Origin: Spirochaetota bacterium
GTDB lineage: Bacteria > Spirochaetota > UBA6919 > CBDBPB01
Length of the DNA: 64,000 bases
Assembly (NCBI GenBank): GCA_965208615.1
Contig: CBDBPB010000006.1
Location: forward strand, 220,854 to 284,853
Direction: 5' to 3'
The notes under the pieces were generated by a model that had not been told where the DNA came from, did not search any database, and was given only the letters and a program-made list of their open reading frames with translations. Numbering within the stretch: the first letter of the stretch is position 1; every line of letters starts with the position of its first letter. This document shows positions 9,323 through 19,788 of the stretch, in pieces. A program made the translations under genes and the position numbers.

Positions 9323-11125
9323 TTAGCTTTTTTCTGCTATCTTAATGGATAGCTCTAATAATTGCTCATCACTCACCTCAGAAGGAGACCCACTCATTAA
9401 ACATACCCCCTTTTGAGTTTTAGGAAATGCAATCACATCCCTAATAGACCTTAACTTTTGCAAAATCATTATAATACGATCAAGTCCAAAAGCTATTCCA
9501 CCATGAGGAGGAGAACCATACTTTAATGCAGATAGTAAAAAACCAAATTTTTCTTTGGTGTTGTCTTCTGGAATATTAAGAATTTGAAAGATTTTATCCT
9601 GAACATCACTATCATGAATACGAATACTGCCTCCACCAAGCTCAACACCATTTAAAACTAAATCATAACTTTCTGAAGTAGCTAATAACGGATTTTTAGC
9701 AAGTTCTTCAATAAGGCTATTTTTTTGATCAACTTTTTTAATACTTTCCCAATTTGGCGAGGTAAAAGGATGGTGTACCGAGCTATAGTGTTTTTCATTT
9801 TTATCATAACTAAATAAAGGAAAATCTGTTATCCATACAAAAGACAACTTATCATTATCTATAATAGAAAGCTTTTGTGCTAATTTAAGCCTTAAATTAG
9901 CCATAGACTCATATACTATAGAACTATCATCAGCCACAAATAATAATAAGTCTCTATCCTCACAATCCATGACTTGAAAAAGCTTATCCTGGATTTCGCT
10001 ATTAAAAAACTTTACTATATTAGATTCCAAGCTATTACCTTTAACCCTCATCCAAGCGAGTCCCTTTGCACCAAATTGAGAGATATAAGCAGTTAGGTCA
10101 TCAATATCTTTTCTTGATAGGCTGTTAGCATTTTTAGCATTAATACAACAGATTTTACCATTATTTTTAATAACTTCTTTAAAAACTTTAAAGCTACAAT
10201 TCTTTACCACAGATAATATATCAACTATTTCAAGTCCAAATCGAAGATCGGGTCTATCAGTACCATATTTCTTCATAGCTTCTTTATAACTAACTATAGG
10301 AAAAGGAGTAGGAATATCAATATTATAGCAATCTTTTAGTATTCCCTTAAACATTTTATCCATTTTTTCGATAAGAACGTCTTTAGTTATAAATGACATT
10401 TCTATATCAATTTGAGTGAACTCTGGTTGACGATCAGCTCTTAGGTCTTCATCTCTGAAACATTTTACAACTTGATAATATCTATCAAAACCGCTAACCA
10501 TAAGAAGCTGCTTAAATATTTGTGGAGACTGAGGTAAAGCGTAAAACTCTCCGGTATTAACTCTACTAGGTACTATATAGTCTCTTGCTCCTTCTGGAGT
10601 AGATTTATTTAATATTGGAGTCTCAATTTCAATAAAATTATTGTCTTCAAGATAGGATCTAACATATTTAATAACTTTATGACGCATAATTAAATTATTT
10701 CGCATTTGTGAACGGCGTAAATCAAGATATCTATATTTTAGACGTACCTCTTCATTTGTAATACTATCATCTTCCAGCAAAAAAGGCGGAGTTAAAGATG
10801 GATTAAACAATCTAACCTTATTAATTACCACTTCAACCTCACCAGTGGGAACTTTAGAATTAATCATATTCTCGCTTCTAGCAATAACCTTGCCCTCCAC
10901 ACCAATTACATATTCTGGCCTAAAGCCCTCTGCATCTTTATGACAAAGAGTATTTATCCTAGGATCGAATACTATTTGTACAAACCCAGATATATCCCTT
11001 AAGTCTATAAAAATAACTCCGCCATGATCCCGTATTGAGTTTACCCAGCCATTCAGCTTAATTATGCGACCAATATCTTTTTTACCTATAGTCCCGCAAT
11101 AATCGGTTCTGAGAAATTCTTTCAA
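9323..11125 (-). CDS. aspS: Aspartate--tRNA ligase (probably non-discriminating)
   Basis: RDHGG, ALPQSPQ, FRDEDLRADRQPEFTQ, GGGSIRIH, PPHGG.AFGLDR; TTG start with AAGGAG RBS. Confidence 0.97.
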   Translation of the reverse strand: MKEFLRTDYCGTIGKKDIGRIIKLNGWVNSIRDHGGVIFIDLRDISGFVQIVFDPRINTLCHKDAEGFRPEYVIGVEGKVIARSENMINSKVPTGEVEVVINKVRLFNPSLTPPFLLEDDSITNEEVRLKYRYLDLRRSQMRNNLIMRHKVIKYVRSYLEDNNFIEIETPILNKSTPEGARDYIVPSRVNTGEFYALPQSPQIFKQLLMVSGFDRYYQVVKCFRDEDLRADRQPEFTQIDIEMSFITKDVLIEKMDKMFKGILKDCYNIDIPTPFPIVSYKEAMKKYGTDRPDLRFGLEIVDILSVVKNCSFKVFKEVIKNNGKICCINAKNANSLSRKDIDDLTAYISQFGAKGLAWMRVKGNSLESNIVKFFNSEIQDKLFQVMDCEDRDLLLFVADDSSIVYESMANLRLKLAQKLSIIDNDKLSFVWITDFPLFSYDKNEKHYSSVHHPFTSPNWESIKKVDQKNSLIEELAKNPLLATSESYDLVLNGVELGGGSIRIHDSDVQDKIFQILNIPEDNTKEKFGFLLSALKYGSPPHGGIAFGLDRIIMILQKLRSIRDVIAFPKTQKGVCLMSGSPSEVSDEQLLELSIKIAEKS

Positions 11126-11390
11126 GACGGCTCCTTTAATTTATCGTCAATTAAACATTACAATTATGATATTCTTATAAAAAAACAAGAGAATTATAAA
11201 ATATATTAATATAATTAAAATTAAGGAAAAGTAAACATTATAAGCTGGATAAATAATAAACAAAAACCCTAAAATCCCTTTAACATACTAGCAAGCCAAC
11301 TCTTACATCTAAAGGAATACAGAGTTATTTTTCTCAACATTTTATAAACCACCTATCTAGTTTTAGTAAAAACAAAGGGGGGCAAAGAGA

Positions 11391-12017
11391 TTATTGGAAT
11401 AATAATTTATTCAATTTTTCTTTAGAATTACTTAATACTTCCTTGTGAAGGGATTTACCATGAGAGTCCATGGTAACAATACATGGAAAATCTTCTACTT
11501 TAACTATCCAAAAAGCTTCTGGAGTTCCAAAGTCCAGTTTTTCCACGCTTAAAACCTCTTTAACACACTGTCCTATTAATACTGCGGCTCCACCAACTGC
11601 ATGGAAGTAAACTGCTTTATTATCCTCACAACCTTTTAAAGTTTTATCTCCCATTCCACCTTTTCCAATAACACCTCGGAGTCCAAAAAGTTTAATCACA
11701 TCAGCTTGATATGGCTCCTCTCTAATACTAGTTGTAGGTCCAGCGGCTACAACGTTATAAATACTATTTTCTTCCCTAATTATAGGCCCACAGTGATATA
11801 TAACTCCTTGATTAAGATAGCCATAAAGCTTATCAAATATCTTTTTGTCATCGCCCATTGGATCCTTATTAATAAAGTTTTCAACTATATATTTATGAGC
11901 AACATCCCTGGCCGTAACTAATACACCGCTTAATAAACAGCTATCCCCCACTTTTAACTTTGAGATAGTCTCTTCTGATATAGGAATAGTTAATTTAATC
12001 AATTTTGTATTCTCCAT
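11391..12017 (-). CDS. Class I (Fe-S) fumarate hydratase, beta subunit
   Basis: TARDVAH, YHCGP, GPTTS.R, IGKGGM, LDFGTPEA.W, DSHG. Confidence 0.9.
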   Translation of the reverse strand: MENTKLIKLTIPISEETISKLKVGDSCLLSGVLVTARDVAHKYIVENFINKDPMGDDKKIFDKLYGYLNQGVIYHCGPIIREENSIYNVVAAGPTTSIREEPYQADVIKLFGLRGVIGKGGMGDKTLKGCEDNKAVYFHAVGGAAVLIGQCVKEVLSVEKLDFGTPEAFWIVKVEDFPCIVTMDSHGKSLHKEVLSNSKEKLNKLLFQ

Positions 12018-12864
12018 CAGCTTTTAATGTCATTATTTTTCGTCTTGCGGCCCAACATAGATAACTAATGGTAACGTAAAAGGTTGCAGGATGTCTATGA
12101 TAGCTTCCAATCTTTACACCTAAAAGAGTAGTAAAACCCCCAAAACCCATAGGCCCTATACCCAGCTTATTAGCAGACTCTAAAACATTTTTTTCTAGAA
12201 TAGATAGCTCCTTATCTTGGTTCTCATCATCAAGTTTTCTAAAAAGCTGTTTCTTAGACAAATAATACCCCCCAGCGCGATCAGCACCAAGAGCAATTCC
12301 CAGTATACCAGGTGCACACCCCATACCCTGAGCTTTAAATACACCATCTAAAATACATTTCCTTACACCATCAAGGTCTCTTCCTGCTTCAATATTAGAG
12401 TCGGGTAGCTTATACTGTATTCCTACATTCTCACTACCGCCACCTTTAAGCATAAAGCGAATCTCATAGTAGTCTTTTTCCCATTCATTAAAGTATATAG
12501 AAGGAGAAGCACTTCCAATATTATTCCCTGTATTCTCGCCAGAAACGCTATGAACTGCATTAGGTCTTAAGATATTTTGTTTAGTAGCTTCTTTTATAGC
12601 CTCAATAGCCTCACTACGCATCTTTATTGTAGAACTACCACTTGGATAACTAATATCCATGAATATCATACCAGTATCCTGACAAATAGGAGTATAGCTA
12701 TTTTTAGCCAAATCTATATTCTCTAAGATAGTAGACAACACAGACTTAGCATTACTATTACCTTCTTCTTTATCTTTCATTATTCTAATTTGATTAACTA
12801 CATCATTTGGAAGGCTTGTTGATGCCTTTTTTATTAACTCTAAAATAGGTTCTTTAAAGTTCAA
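11995..12864 (-). CDS. Class I (Fe-S) fumarate hydratase, alpha subunit
   Basis: PICQDTG, KGGGSEN, GCAPG, GIGPMGFGG, CWAARR; overlaps the beta subunit. Tartrate dehydratase is not formally excluded. Confidence 0.88.
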   Translation of the reverse strand: MNFKEPILELIKKASTSLPNDVVNQIRIMKDKEEGNSNAKSVLSTILENIDLAKNSYTPICQDTGMIFMDISYPSGSSTIKMRSEAIEAIKEATKQNILRPNAVHSVSGENTGNNIGSASPSIYFNEWEKDYYEIRFMLKGGGSENVGIQYKLPDSNIEAGRDLDGVRKCILDGVFKAQGMGCAPGILGIALGADRAGGYYLSKKQLFRKLDDENQDKELSILEKNVLESANKLGIGPMGFGGFTTLLGVKIGSYHRHPATFYVTISYLCWAARRKIMTLKADGEYKID

Positions 12865-12930
12865 TAATCTTACCCCAATAGTTTTATAGTATTCTAATTA
12901 TAATATTCACTAAAGCAGTTAATTTAAAAA

Positions 12931-13068
12931 TTATTCGCATTGCTTTAAATCAGATTTTTTACAGAAAATATTATTAGCAATTGCTTTTGTATCATCTATA
13001 CATCCTAATTGTATAAATAAAATCAAGATAAAATGTAAAACAATAAACAGCGTACTAACCCGCCTCAT
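12931..13068 (-). CDS. Small putative lipoprotein (45 aa), absent from the ORF track
   Basis: Hand translation MRRVSTLFIVLHFILILFIQLGCIDDTKAIANNIFCKKSDLKQCE; AGAGGGG RBS at 13074-13080; basic N-terminus, hydrophobic core and LGC lipobox. Confidence 0.65.
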   Translation of the reverse strand: MRRVSTLFIVLHFILILFIQLGCIDDTKAIANNIFCKKSDLKQCE

Positions 13069-13112
13069 TAAAACCCCTCTATACATAAATAGTAATTTTA
13101 TATAATTGTATA

Positions 13113-13141
13113 AAGATAATATAACTATAAAATAAAGTCAA
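13113..13141 (-). promoter_or_regulatory. Sigma70-type promoter for the small lipoprotein-fumarase operon
   Basis: TTGACT-N17-TATCTT. Confidence 0.55.
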
Positions 13142-13282
13142 ATTCTTATTGCTATAAGAGCCTTTAGTAGGTATAATAAAACGTTTCTTTAGAATCATTT
13201 ATAATTTATTCTAAAGACAAATAACTATACAATAAAAAAATTAATTAACAAAACAATAACAAAAATAATTATATTAACTTTT

Positions 13283-14431
13283 ATGGATCCAATCCCTATT
13301 ATAACCCTATTAATATATACATCAGCGCAGATAGTCTTGTTTATATGTTTGCTAAAAAGCTATAGGCAATTTAATCCCAAAATTAAAAAGTTAACATTAA
13401 AAATAACTATAGTTATATACTCCATCCTAAATCTATTAGTCATTATAAGAATCATATTCCATAAACCATTGCTTAACTTGTCTAAAAAATACTATATTGA
13501 TCCTTTTTTGCATATCTCACTACTAATAGCCACACTCCTAACTATACCAATAATATCCATTATATTATATCACTTACTAAAACTAATTAGCAAAACTATA
13601 AAGCATAAAATCAGAAATCCAATAACTATAGTAACTGCAATAACCATAATACTATATATCGCAGGATTTATACTATACCAAAAAAGGTACGATTTTGAAG
13701 TTGTTAAAATATCCATTAACTTCAAAACCCTCCCCAAAGAATTTAATAATTATAAAATAGTCCATCTATCAGACTTCCACTCAAGCTACTTTGTTAGAGA
13801 AAAATATCTAAACAAAATTGTAAATACAGTTAATAACCTTAATCCAAATCTAATAGTATTAACGGGGGATTATTTAACATCCAATAAAAACTACTTTCAT
13901 GAACTAATAACTGCCTTAAGCAAGCTAAATAAAAAAGTAAATAAAATAGCTGTTTTGGGTAATCACGACTTATGGGTAGACCCCATATTCATAGAAAAAG
14001 AGCTAAACCTCATAAATATTAAAGTTCTAAGAAATAGTAATTATAAAATATCCAAAAACAACCAGTCAATATATATAGTGGGTATAGATGACTTGTTTAA
14101 TAACCATGATAACATAAACAAAGCTATTAAAAATATAGATTTAAATAAATTTACTATACTCCTATGCCATAACCCCGATTTTATAAAAACAGCAGTAAAC
14201 TACTCCTTTGACCTTATGCTATCAGGACATACTCATGGAGGACAAATTAAATTGCCGATTATTGGGCCTATAACACTTCCTTCAAAACTTGATAATAAGT
14301 ATACAGAGGGGTTATTAAAGAAAAAGAATACTTATCTATATATAAACAAGGGTATTGGAGTAATATCACCACCAATACGTTTTCTATCCCCGCCAGAGAT
14401 ATCAGAAATAACTTTAAAAAAAGAGGTTTGA
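13283..14431 (+). CDS. Membrane-anchored metallophosphoesterase (YkuE-like)
   Basis: N-terminal TMs; DFH, TGD, GNHD, HNPD and SGHTHGGQ motifs. Confidence 0.93.
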   Translation: MDPIPIITLLIYTSAQIVLFICLLKSYRQFNPKIKKLTLKITIVIYSILNLLVIIRIIFHKPLLNLSKKYYIDPFLHISLLIATLLTIPIISIILYHLLKLISKTIKHKIRNPITIVTAITIILYIAGFILYQKRYDFEVVKISINFKTLPKEFNNYKIVHLSDFHSSYFVREKYLNKIVNTVNNLNPNLIVLTGDYLTSNKNYFHELITALSKLNKKVNKIAVLGNHDLWVDPIFIEKELNLINIKVLRNSNYKISKNNQSIYIVGIDDLFNNHDNINKAIKNIDLNKFTILLCHNPDFIKTAVNYSFDLMLSGHTHGGQIKLPIIGPITLPSKLDNKYTEGLLKKKNTYLYINKGIGVISPPIRFLSPPEISEITLKKEV

Positions 14432-14434
14432 GCT

Positions 14435-16036
14435 ATGTTAAATAAAATTATAACAATAAAAATTAATTCCAAAATTATAGAAAATGAAACTGCTATTAAC
14501 ATTTTTAACAAAGATAAAATCCCCCTAAGACACCTGCTAAACACTATAAATAAGCTATCATCCTCAGAGAATAAAATCATATTAATAGTTGTGGACACAT
14601 TAAACCATATAGGCTGGGCATTAATCCAAAATATAAGAAGGGCTTTGCTGCCATTAAATAAATCCAATAAAGTAATAGCCTATTTAGAAAGAGGTGGAAT
14701 GAAGGAATATTATACGGCATCAGTAGCCAGTGAGATTATTATGCCTCCAGCCAGCAGTTTAGAACTAATAGGTTTGGGGATAGATGTATTTTTTATCAAA
14801 AAAGCCCTTAGTATAATAGGTTTAGAGCCTGACTTTATAAAAACTGGTGCCTATAAAACATTTGCAGATATGTTTATGCGTAATTCTATATCCAGAGAGC
14901 ATAAGCAAATGCTAAATACAATAATTAATACCTACATAAAAGAACTAGACTCCCATATACTAAAATCAAGACCTAATATGGATAAACTATCCAACTTAAT
15001 AGACAAAGGACCTTTCACTGCCAATGAGGCCATAGATAATAACATAATCGACCACCTAATGTACGAAGAAGAAATAGAAGATTACTTTAAAGAACGCTTC
15101 AAACTAAAAAAATGTATAAAAATACCACTAAAAATATCTGACTCATACTTTAACCTTAAAAAACTATTTTTGCCTATTAAAAAAATAGCTCTTATTTATG
15201 CAGAAGGAATAATCATTGAAGAAGAAAGCCGTAAATCCCATCACTCTCATAAAGACTATATTGCACCCCATAGCTTATGCCAGTCTATCCGTAAGGCTAG
15301 GGAAAATAAATCCATTAGAGGGGTTGTAATTAGAATAAACAGTCCTGGTGGTTCTGCTCTGGCATCTGATATAATATGGCATGAAATTAGAAAAACTCGT
15401 AATAAAAAACCTGTTGTTGTATCCATGTCTAATACTGCGGCCTCAGGTGGATATTATATTGCTATGGCGTCTGATTGCATATTTGCAGAAACTATGACTC
15501 TAACTGGGTCTATAGGAGTAGTAATGGGGAAGCTCTCTGGTAAATCCCTGCTAAAAACTATTGGGGTTAGGCGGGATAGTGTTAATAAGGGTAAAAATAT
15601 TGATATTCTCTCTCCTTTTTCGCCGTTCAGCCACGATAACAAAGCTAAACTAGAAAAACAAATCACCTCATTTTATTATAAACAGTTTTTGGATAAAACC
15701 GCCCAGTGCAGGAATAAAAGTGTTGACTCCATAGCAAAGACTGCTGAAGGCAGAGTTTGGACTGGTTATAACGCAAAAGAAAATGGACTCGTAGACAAAA
15801 TAGGCGGGCTGATGGAGGCTATAGAACATATTCGTACTTTAGCCAATATCAAGAAAAACGATAATCTAAAAATTGCTGTTTATCATAAAAAAAAGTTTAA
15901 ACTTTCTATTATGTCTGCACTAAGGAATTCAATCTATCCATTTTCTAGTCAGATAAACTCCATACTTAACTGGAAAGAACTCCTTTTTACAGAAAAGGTA
16001 TTATATTTAGACTCCCATATTTTTAAAGTCAAATAA
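14435..16036 (+). CDS. sppA: Signal peptide peptidase SppA (two-domain S49)
   Basis: RINSPGGS, AASGGYYI, TGSIGV, AEGRVWTG and GLVDKIGG, plus an N-terminal S49 repeat with YK. Confidence 0.93.
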   Translation: MLNKIITIKINSKIIENETAINIFNKDKIPLRHLLNTINKLSSSENKIILIVVDTLNHIGWALIQNIRRALLPLNKSNKVIAYLERGGMKEYYTASVASEIIMPPASSLELIGLGIDVFFIKKALSIIGLEPDFIKTGAYKTFADMFMRNSISREHKQMLNTIINTYIKELDSHILKSRPNMDKLSNLIDKGPFTANEAIDNNIIDHLMYEEEIEDYFKERFKLKKCIKIPLKISDSYFNLKKLFLPIKKIALIYAEGIIIEEESRKSHHSHKDYIAPHSLCQSIRKARENKSIRGVVIRINSPGGSALASDIIWHEIRKTRNKKPVVVSMSNTAASGGYYIAMASDCIFAETMTLTGSIGVVMGKLSGKSLLKTIGVRRDSVNKGKNIDILSPFSPFSHDNKAKLEKQITSFYYKQFLDKTAQCRNKSVDSIAKTAEGRVWTGYNAKENGLVDKIGGLMEAIEHIRTLANIKKNDNLKIAVYHKKKFKLSIMSALRNSIYPFSSQINSILNWKELLFTEKVLYLDSHIFKVK

Positions 16037-16038
16037 AG

Positions 16039-16338
16039 CTATAATTCATTGGATATATTATCAGGTAGAGACTTATCAACAATATCGATTAAGCGATCAA
16101 TTCTTTCTTTAAGTTTATCATATTCGGAATATGCTCTAAATAGCTCATCAGCAAGGTTTAAAGAGGTTAAAATGGCTATCTTTGTCTTGGAGTAATCCGG
16201 GAATCTTGCAGAAAGACCTTCCATCTTATCATCGACTAACTTTGATACCTTAAAAGTTCGTTCTTTATCTTTATAGGTCGATACCAGCTTATACTTTTCA
16301 CCAAAAATAGTTACTTCTGCATATCGAGGATTATCCAT
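16039..16338 (-). CDS. zapA: Cell division protein ZapA
   Basis: VTIFGEKYKL...VDDKM...AILTSLNLADEL; typical position downstream of pheT. Confidence 0.88.
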   Translation of the reverse strand: MDNPRYAEVTIFGEKYKLVSTYKDKERTFKVSKLVDDKMEGLSARFPDYSKTKIAILTSLNLADELFRAYSEYDKLKERIDRLIDIVDKSLPDNISNEL

Positions 16339-16716
16339 TTATAGCTCCTCTTCAGAAAAGAAATCAAAAACTGTATCCTTTAAACTATTGTTTGACGCCT
16401 TCTTTAATACCTTAGTATTTTCCTTAGTATTTTCTATGTTTAGGGTATTTTTTATAAGTTTATCAACATCACTACCCTGTGATAATTGCTTTATAAGAGT
16501 TATAATCTTTTCTCTTGCAAGATGTTTTATACTCTCAAGCCTATCATTTTCTGTTTTTAAACTATCTATTTCTTGAACTAGTATATTATTTTTATTCTGC
16601 CTATCCTTTAAGTCTAATTTTAATCTATTATTTTCTTCAACAACTTGTGTCAATTTTACCGCTAAAAAATGTATTTTATTTTCTAGTAGTTCTATACTCT
16701 CTAGTGCAGAGTTCAT
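16339..16716 (-). CDS. Coiled-coil protein, ZapB-like
   Basis: Heptad pattern LELLENKI..L...EENNRLK; lies between pheT and zapA. Confidence 0.65.
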   Translation of the reverse strand: MNSALESIELLENKIHFLAVKLTQVVEENNRLKLDLKDRQNKNNILVQEIDSLKTENDRLESIKHLAREKIITLIKQLSQGSDVDKLIKNTLNIENTKENTKVLKKASNNSLKDTVFDFFSEEEL

Positions 16717-19091
16717 TAAACTTCCCTCATCTCACCGCCGCAGTTTTTGCGTAACCGTAAAACAATAGAATCAAATTCTTTGTCAACAAGATCGTCAGAG
16801 AGAGTTTTTTCTTTATCCTGAAAAATAAGAGAAAATGCCATACTCTTACGACCCTTGGGTATATGTTTTCCTTTATATATATCCAAAAGTTTAACGCTAC
16901 TCAAATAACTAGAGGCATTCTTAATTTCTGTTATAACATTATTAGCGGCTATATTTTCATCAACTAAAATAGCAATATCCCTTAAAACCTCCGGATATTT
17001 ACTAATTCCAGAGTAAACCCTATTATATAAAGATAAGCCCTCTAACCTGTTAATAAACACCTCGCAAAGAATTAACGGATAGTTAACCTTATAATAACTC
17101 TGTAATTCAGAACTCAAAATACCAATATATCCAATTTCTTTATCGTCAAGCATAATACTAGCACATCCACTCGGATGAAATAAATCTTTTTTCTTACTCC
17201 TAAAAACTAAATCACAAATCCCTAACTGGCTGAAAAGACCTTCAACTATACCCTTTAAATCAAAAAAGTCAAACACTCTCTCATCAGAATAAATATCCTT
17301 ATCCGATAAGCCGTATAGAGCAATAACAAGATTCTTTTCTTCTATTAGTAAATCCCCATCCTTATGAAATATATTGCCTATCTCAAAAAGCGATAGAGCC
17401 TTATTTCCGTGGTTAACATTCCTCTGAACACTAAGCACCATACCATAACATAAACTATTCCTAAGAAATTGACTCTCAAAATTAAGAGGATTCCTAACCT
17501 CAATAATGTTACCATAGGGAAGTTTTAACTTCTCAAAATCATTTTTAGCAACAAATGAAAAATTAATTGTCTCGCTTAAACCAAAACCATTTAGAATATA
17601 CTTAATTCTATCCCCTAAAACATAATGTGTATCAAAATAATCAGGATTCACCCTAATAGGGGGAATAGTCTCCTCAATATTGTCATAGCCGTAAATACGA
17701 GCAATTTCCTCTACTACATCAATATCCCTAAAAACATCATACTTAAAAGACGGCACATTAACTACAATATTATTATTATCCTTTTCCTCAATCTCAAACT
17801 CTAAAGGCTCTAGGTAGCTTTTTATCATTTTATTAGTTATTTTTGTTCCAAGCCTATTATTTACAAAAGATGTGTTTAAGTTGATTTTAGCTTTTTCAAT
17901 GGGCATAGGATAAACATCGGTTAAGTCAGATATCTCACCGCCGCAAATGCTCTGAATAAGATTAGCACAACGATCTAATGCCCTTACTATCCCCCCCCAA
18001 TCAGTACCACGTTCAAAGCGATAAGATGAGTCAGTCTGCAAATCAAGACTTTTAGAAGTCTGCCTAATAGACTGAGGTAAAAAGTATGCACTTTCTAATA
18101 GCAGGTCTATAGAGCTATTAGTTATACTAGAGTTAAGCCCGCCCATAACCCCAGCAATAGCTATGGGACTATGTTTATCAGCAATAATAAGCATATTATT
18201 ATCCAAACTACGTTTAAGGCCGTCAATAGTAACTATATCCTCATTACTACCTGCACGACGAACAATTATCTGCTTACCATTAATCTTAGAGAGATCAAAA
18301 GCGTGTAATGGATGTCCTAATTCTAATAGTACAAAGTTGCTTATATCCACAACATTGTTAATGGGACGACTACCAAGGTTTATAAGGATATCCTTAAGCC
18401 ATTTAGGACTCTCAGCAATTTTAACTCCCCTAATTATTCTGGATGCATATCTCATACAAAGATCGCTGTCCACGATTTTTACATTAGGCAGTTCAACAGC
18501 GTTGTTAACTTTAATGCTATAATCCGGATACTTTATCCCAGAATAGCCCATAGCAGATATTTCCCTAACTATACCAATGTGAGAAAGACAATCACCTCTA
18601 TTGGCAGTAAGAGTAATATCTAATATATCGTCCTCTTTTGGCAGGTAATCATTAATGTTAGAGCCAATTACAGCATCATTAGGTAATATCCAAATACCCT
18701 CTTGATCATCCTTAATAGCAAGCTCACTCTTAGAGCATAACATTCCAAATGACTCAACACCTCTTATTTTAGCCTTTTTTATGTTAAGATTATTAGCTAA
18801 TTTTGCTCCTACTTTAGCAAGGCATACTCTATCATTAACCAGCATATTAGAGGCACCACAAATAATCTGTAATTCTTCATTTCCATCACTAACAGTACAA
18901 ATTAACAACCTGTTGGCATTACTATGTTTATTAATAGCCTTAATCTGCCCAACAACTACATTATTAAACTTACTGCCAACGTGGATAATACCCTCAACCT
19001 CAAGACCCTGCATAGTTAATTTATGAGCCAGGCTTTCTAAGGAAAGATCAAACCCTAGATATTGCTTTAATAAATTGTATGATATTAACAT
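16716..19091 (-). CDS. pheT: Phenylalanine--tRNA ligase beta subunit
   Basis: ICGASN, IRGVESFGMLCS, NRGDCLS, RFERG, EEIARIYGYD and an FDX-ACB C-terminus. Confidence 0.97.
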   Translation of the reverse strand: MLISYNLLKQYLGFDLSLESLAHKLTMQGLEVEGIIHVGSKFNNVVVGQIKAINKHSNANRLLICTVSDGNEELQIICGASNMLVNDRVCLAKVGAKLANNLNIKKAKIRGVESFGMLCSKSELAIKDDQEGIWILPNDAVIGSNINDYLPKEDDILDITLTANRGDCLSHIGIVREISAMGYSGIKYPDYSIKVNNAVELPNVKIVDSDLCMRYASRIIRGVKIAESPKWLKDILINLGSRPINNVVDISNFVLLELGHPLHAFDLSKINGKQIIVRRAGSNEDIVTIDGLKRSLDNNMLIIADKHSPIAIAGVMGGLNSSITNSSIDLLLESAYFLPQSIRQTSKSLDLQTDSSYRFERGTDWGGIVRALDRCANLIQSICGGEISDLTDVYPMPIEKAKINLNTSFVNNRLGTKITNKMIKSYLEPLEFEIEEKDNNNIVVNVPSFKYDVFRDIDVVEEIARIYGYDNIEETIPPIRVNPDYFDTHYVLGDRIKYILNGFGLSETINFSFVAKNDFEKLKLPYGNIIEVRNPLNFESQFLRNSLCYGMVLSVQRNVNHGNKALSLFEIGNIFHKDGDLLIEEKNLVIALYGLSDKDIYSDERVFDFFDLKGIVEGLFSQLGICDLVFRSKKKDLFHPSGCASIMLDDKEIGYIGILSSELQSYYKVNYPLILCEVFINRLEGLSLYNRVYSGISKYPEVLRDIAILVDENIAANNVITEIKNASSYLSSVKLLDIYKGKHIPKGRKSMAFSLIFQDKEKTLSDDLVDKEFDSIVLRLRKNCGGEMREV

Positions 19092-19139
19092 ATTTGTTAT
19101 GATTTTTTTATTTTTTTGGTATGGTATATTGTTTAAGTC

Positions 19140-19171
19140 TCAAATCTACTAGATTTGACTATAATTGTCAA
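19140..19171 (-). promoter_or_regulatory. Sigma70-type pheT promoter overlapped by a palindrome
   Basis: TTGACA(19171-19166)-N17-TAGATT(19148-19143); TCAAATCTA-C-TAGATTTGA at 19140-19158. Confidence 0.55.
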
Positions 19172-19274
19172 CAACTTATAAATTAAATTCGTTAACCCTC
19201 TAACTCTACTTAAAATAAACTTATAAAAATCTAATAAGCCTATAAACTAATTAAAATCAGCTAAATACAAAAGT

Positions 19275-19658
19275 TTAATTATGAGGAAGTTGTTTTAAAT
19301 CATTTGATTTAACTTCTTCTTTTAACTTATTTATTTCTTTATCTTGTTTGCCCATTTCTTTTTCTTTTTTCTTTATCTCTTTTTTTTGTACTTTAATCTC
19401 TTTTTTCTGTGTCCTCCACTGGCTAAAATATAGAGGAATAGTAATTATTACTCCTACTAAAATACCAGCGAATATTAGTATAACAAATGGAACATCACCA
19501 ATTTCATTTGCGAATAATGATATTGTTACAACTTGAGAGGCATTTTCTACAATAATCCAAGATATAAAAATTAAAACTATGATTTTTAAAATGAGCTTAA
19601 CTAGTCTCATTCGTTTTGGTTTATTATTTTGTTTTGGTTTATTATTTTGTTTTTTCAT
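19275..19658 (-). CDS. LapA/DUF1049 family membrane protein
   Basis: Two TMs flanking EN...VTISLF; C-terminal KKEIK coiled coil. Confidence 0.75.
   Translation of the reverse strand: MKKQNNKPKQNNKPKRMRLVKLILKIIVLIFISWIIVENASQVVTISLFANEIGDVPFVILIFAGILVGVIITIPLYFSQWRTQKKEIKVQKKEIKKKEKEMGKQDKEINKLKEEVKSNDLKQLPHN
19613..19653. repeat. 18-bp tandem repeat x2 encoding KQNNKP
   Basis: GTTTTGGTTTATTATTTT at 19613 and 19631. Confidence 0.85.
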
Positions 19659-19788
19659 TCTTTTTGTAAACCTTAGGTATACAAGATTACTTGATAGTAT
19701 TAAAATTAGTTTGACTTGTCAACTAAATTTAAAAAATAATATATGAAAAATAAAACTTTATTATATATTTACATAATTAGGAAAACAA

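Noticed and set aside
16020-16060. 6S RNA expected downstream of zapA
   Set aside because: zapA ends 2 bp from the convergent sppA stop, leaving no room.
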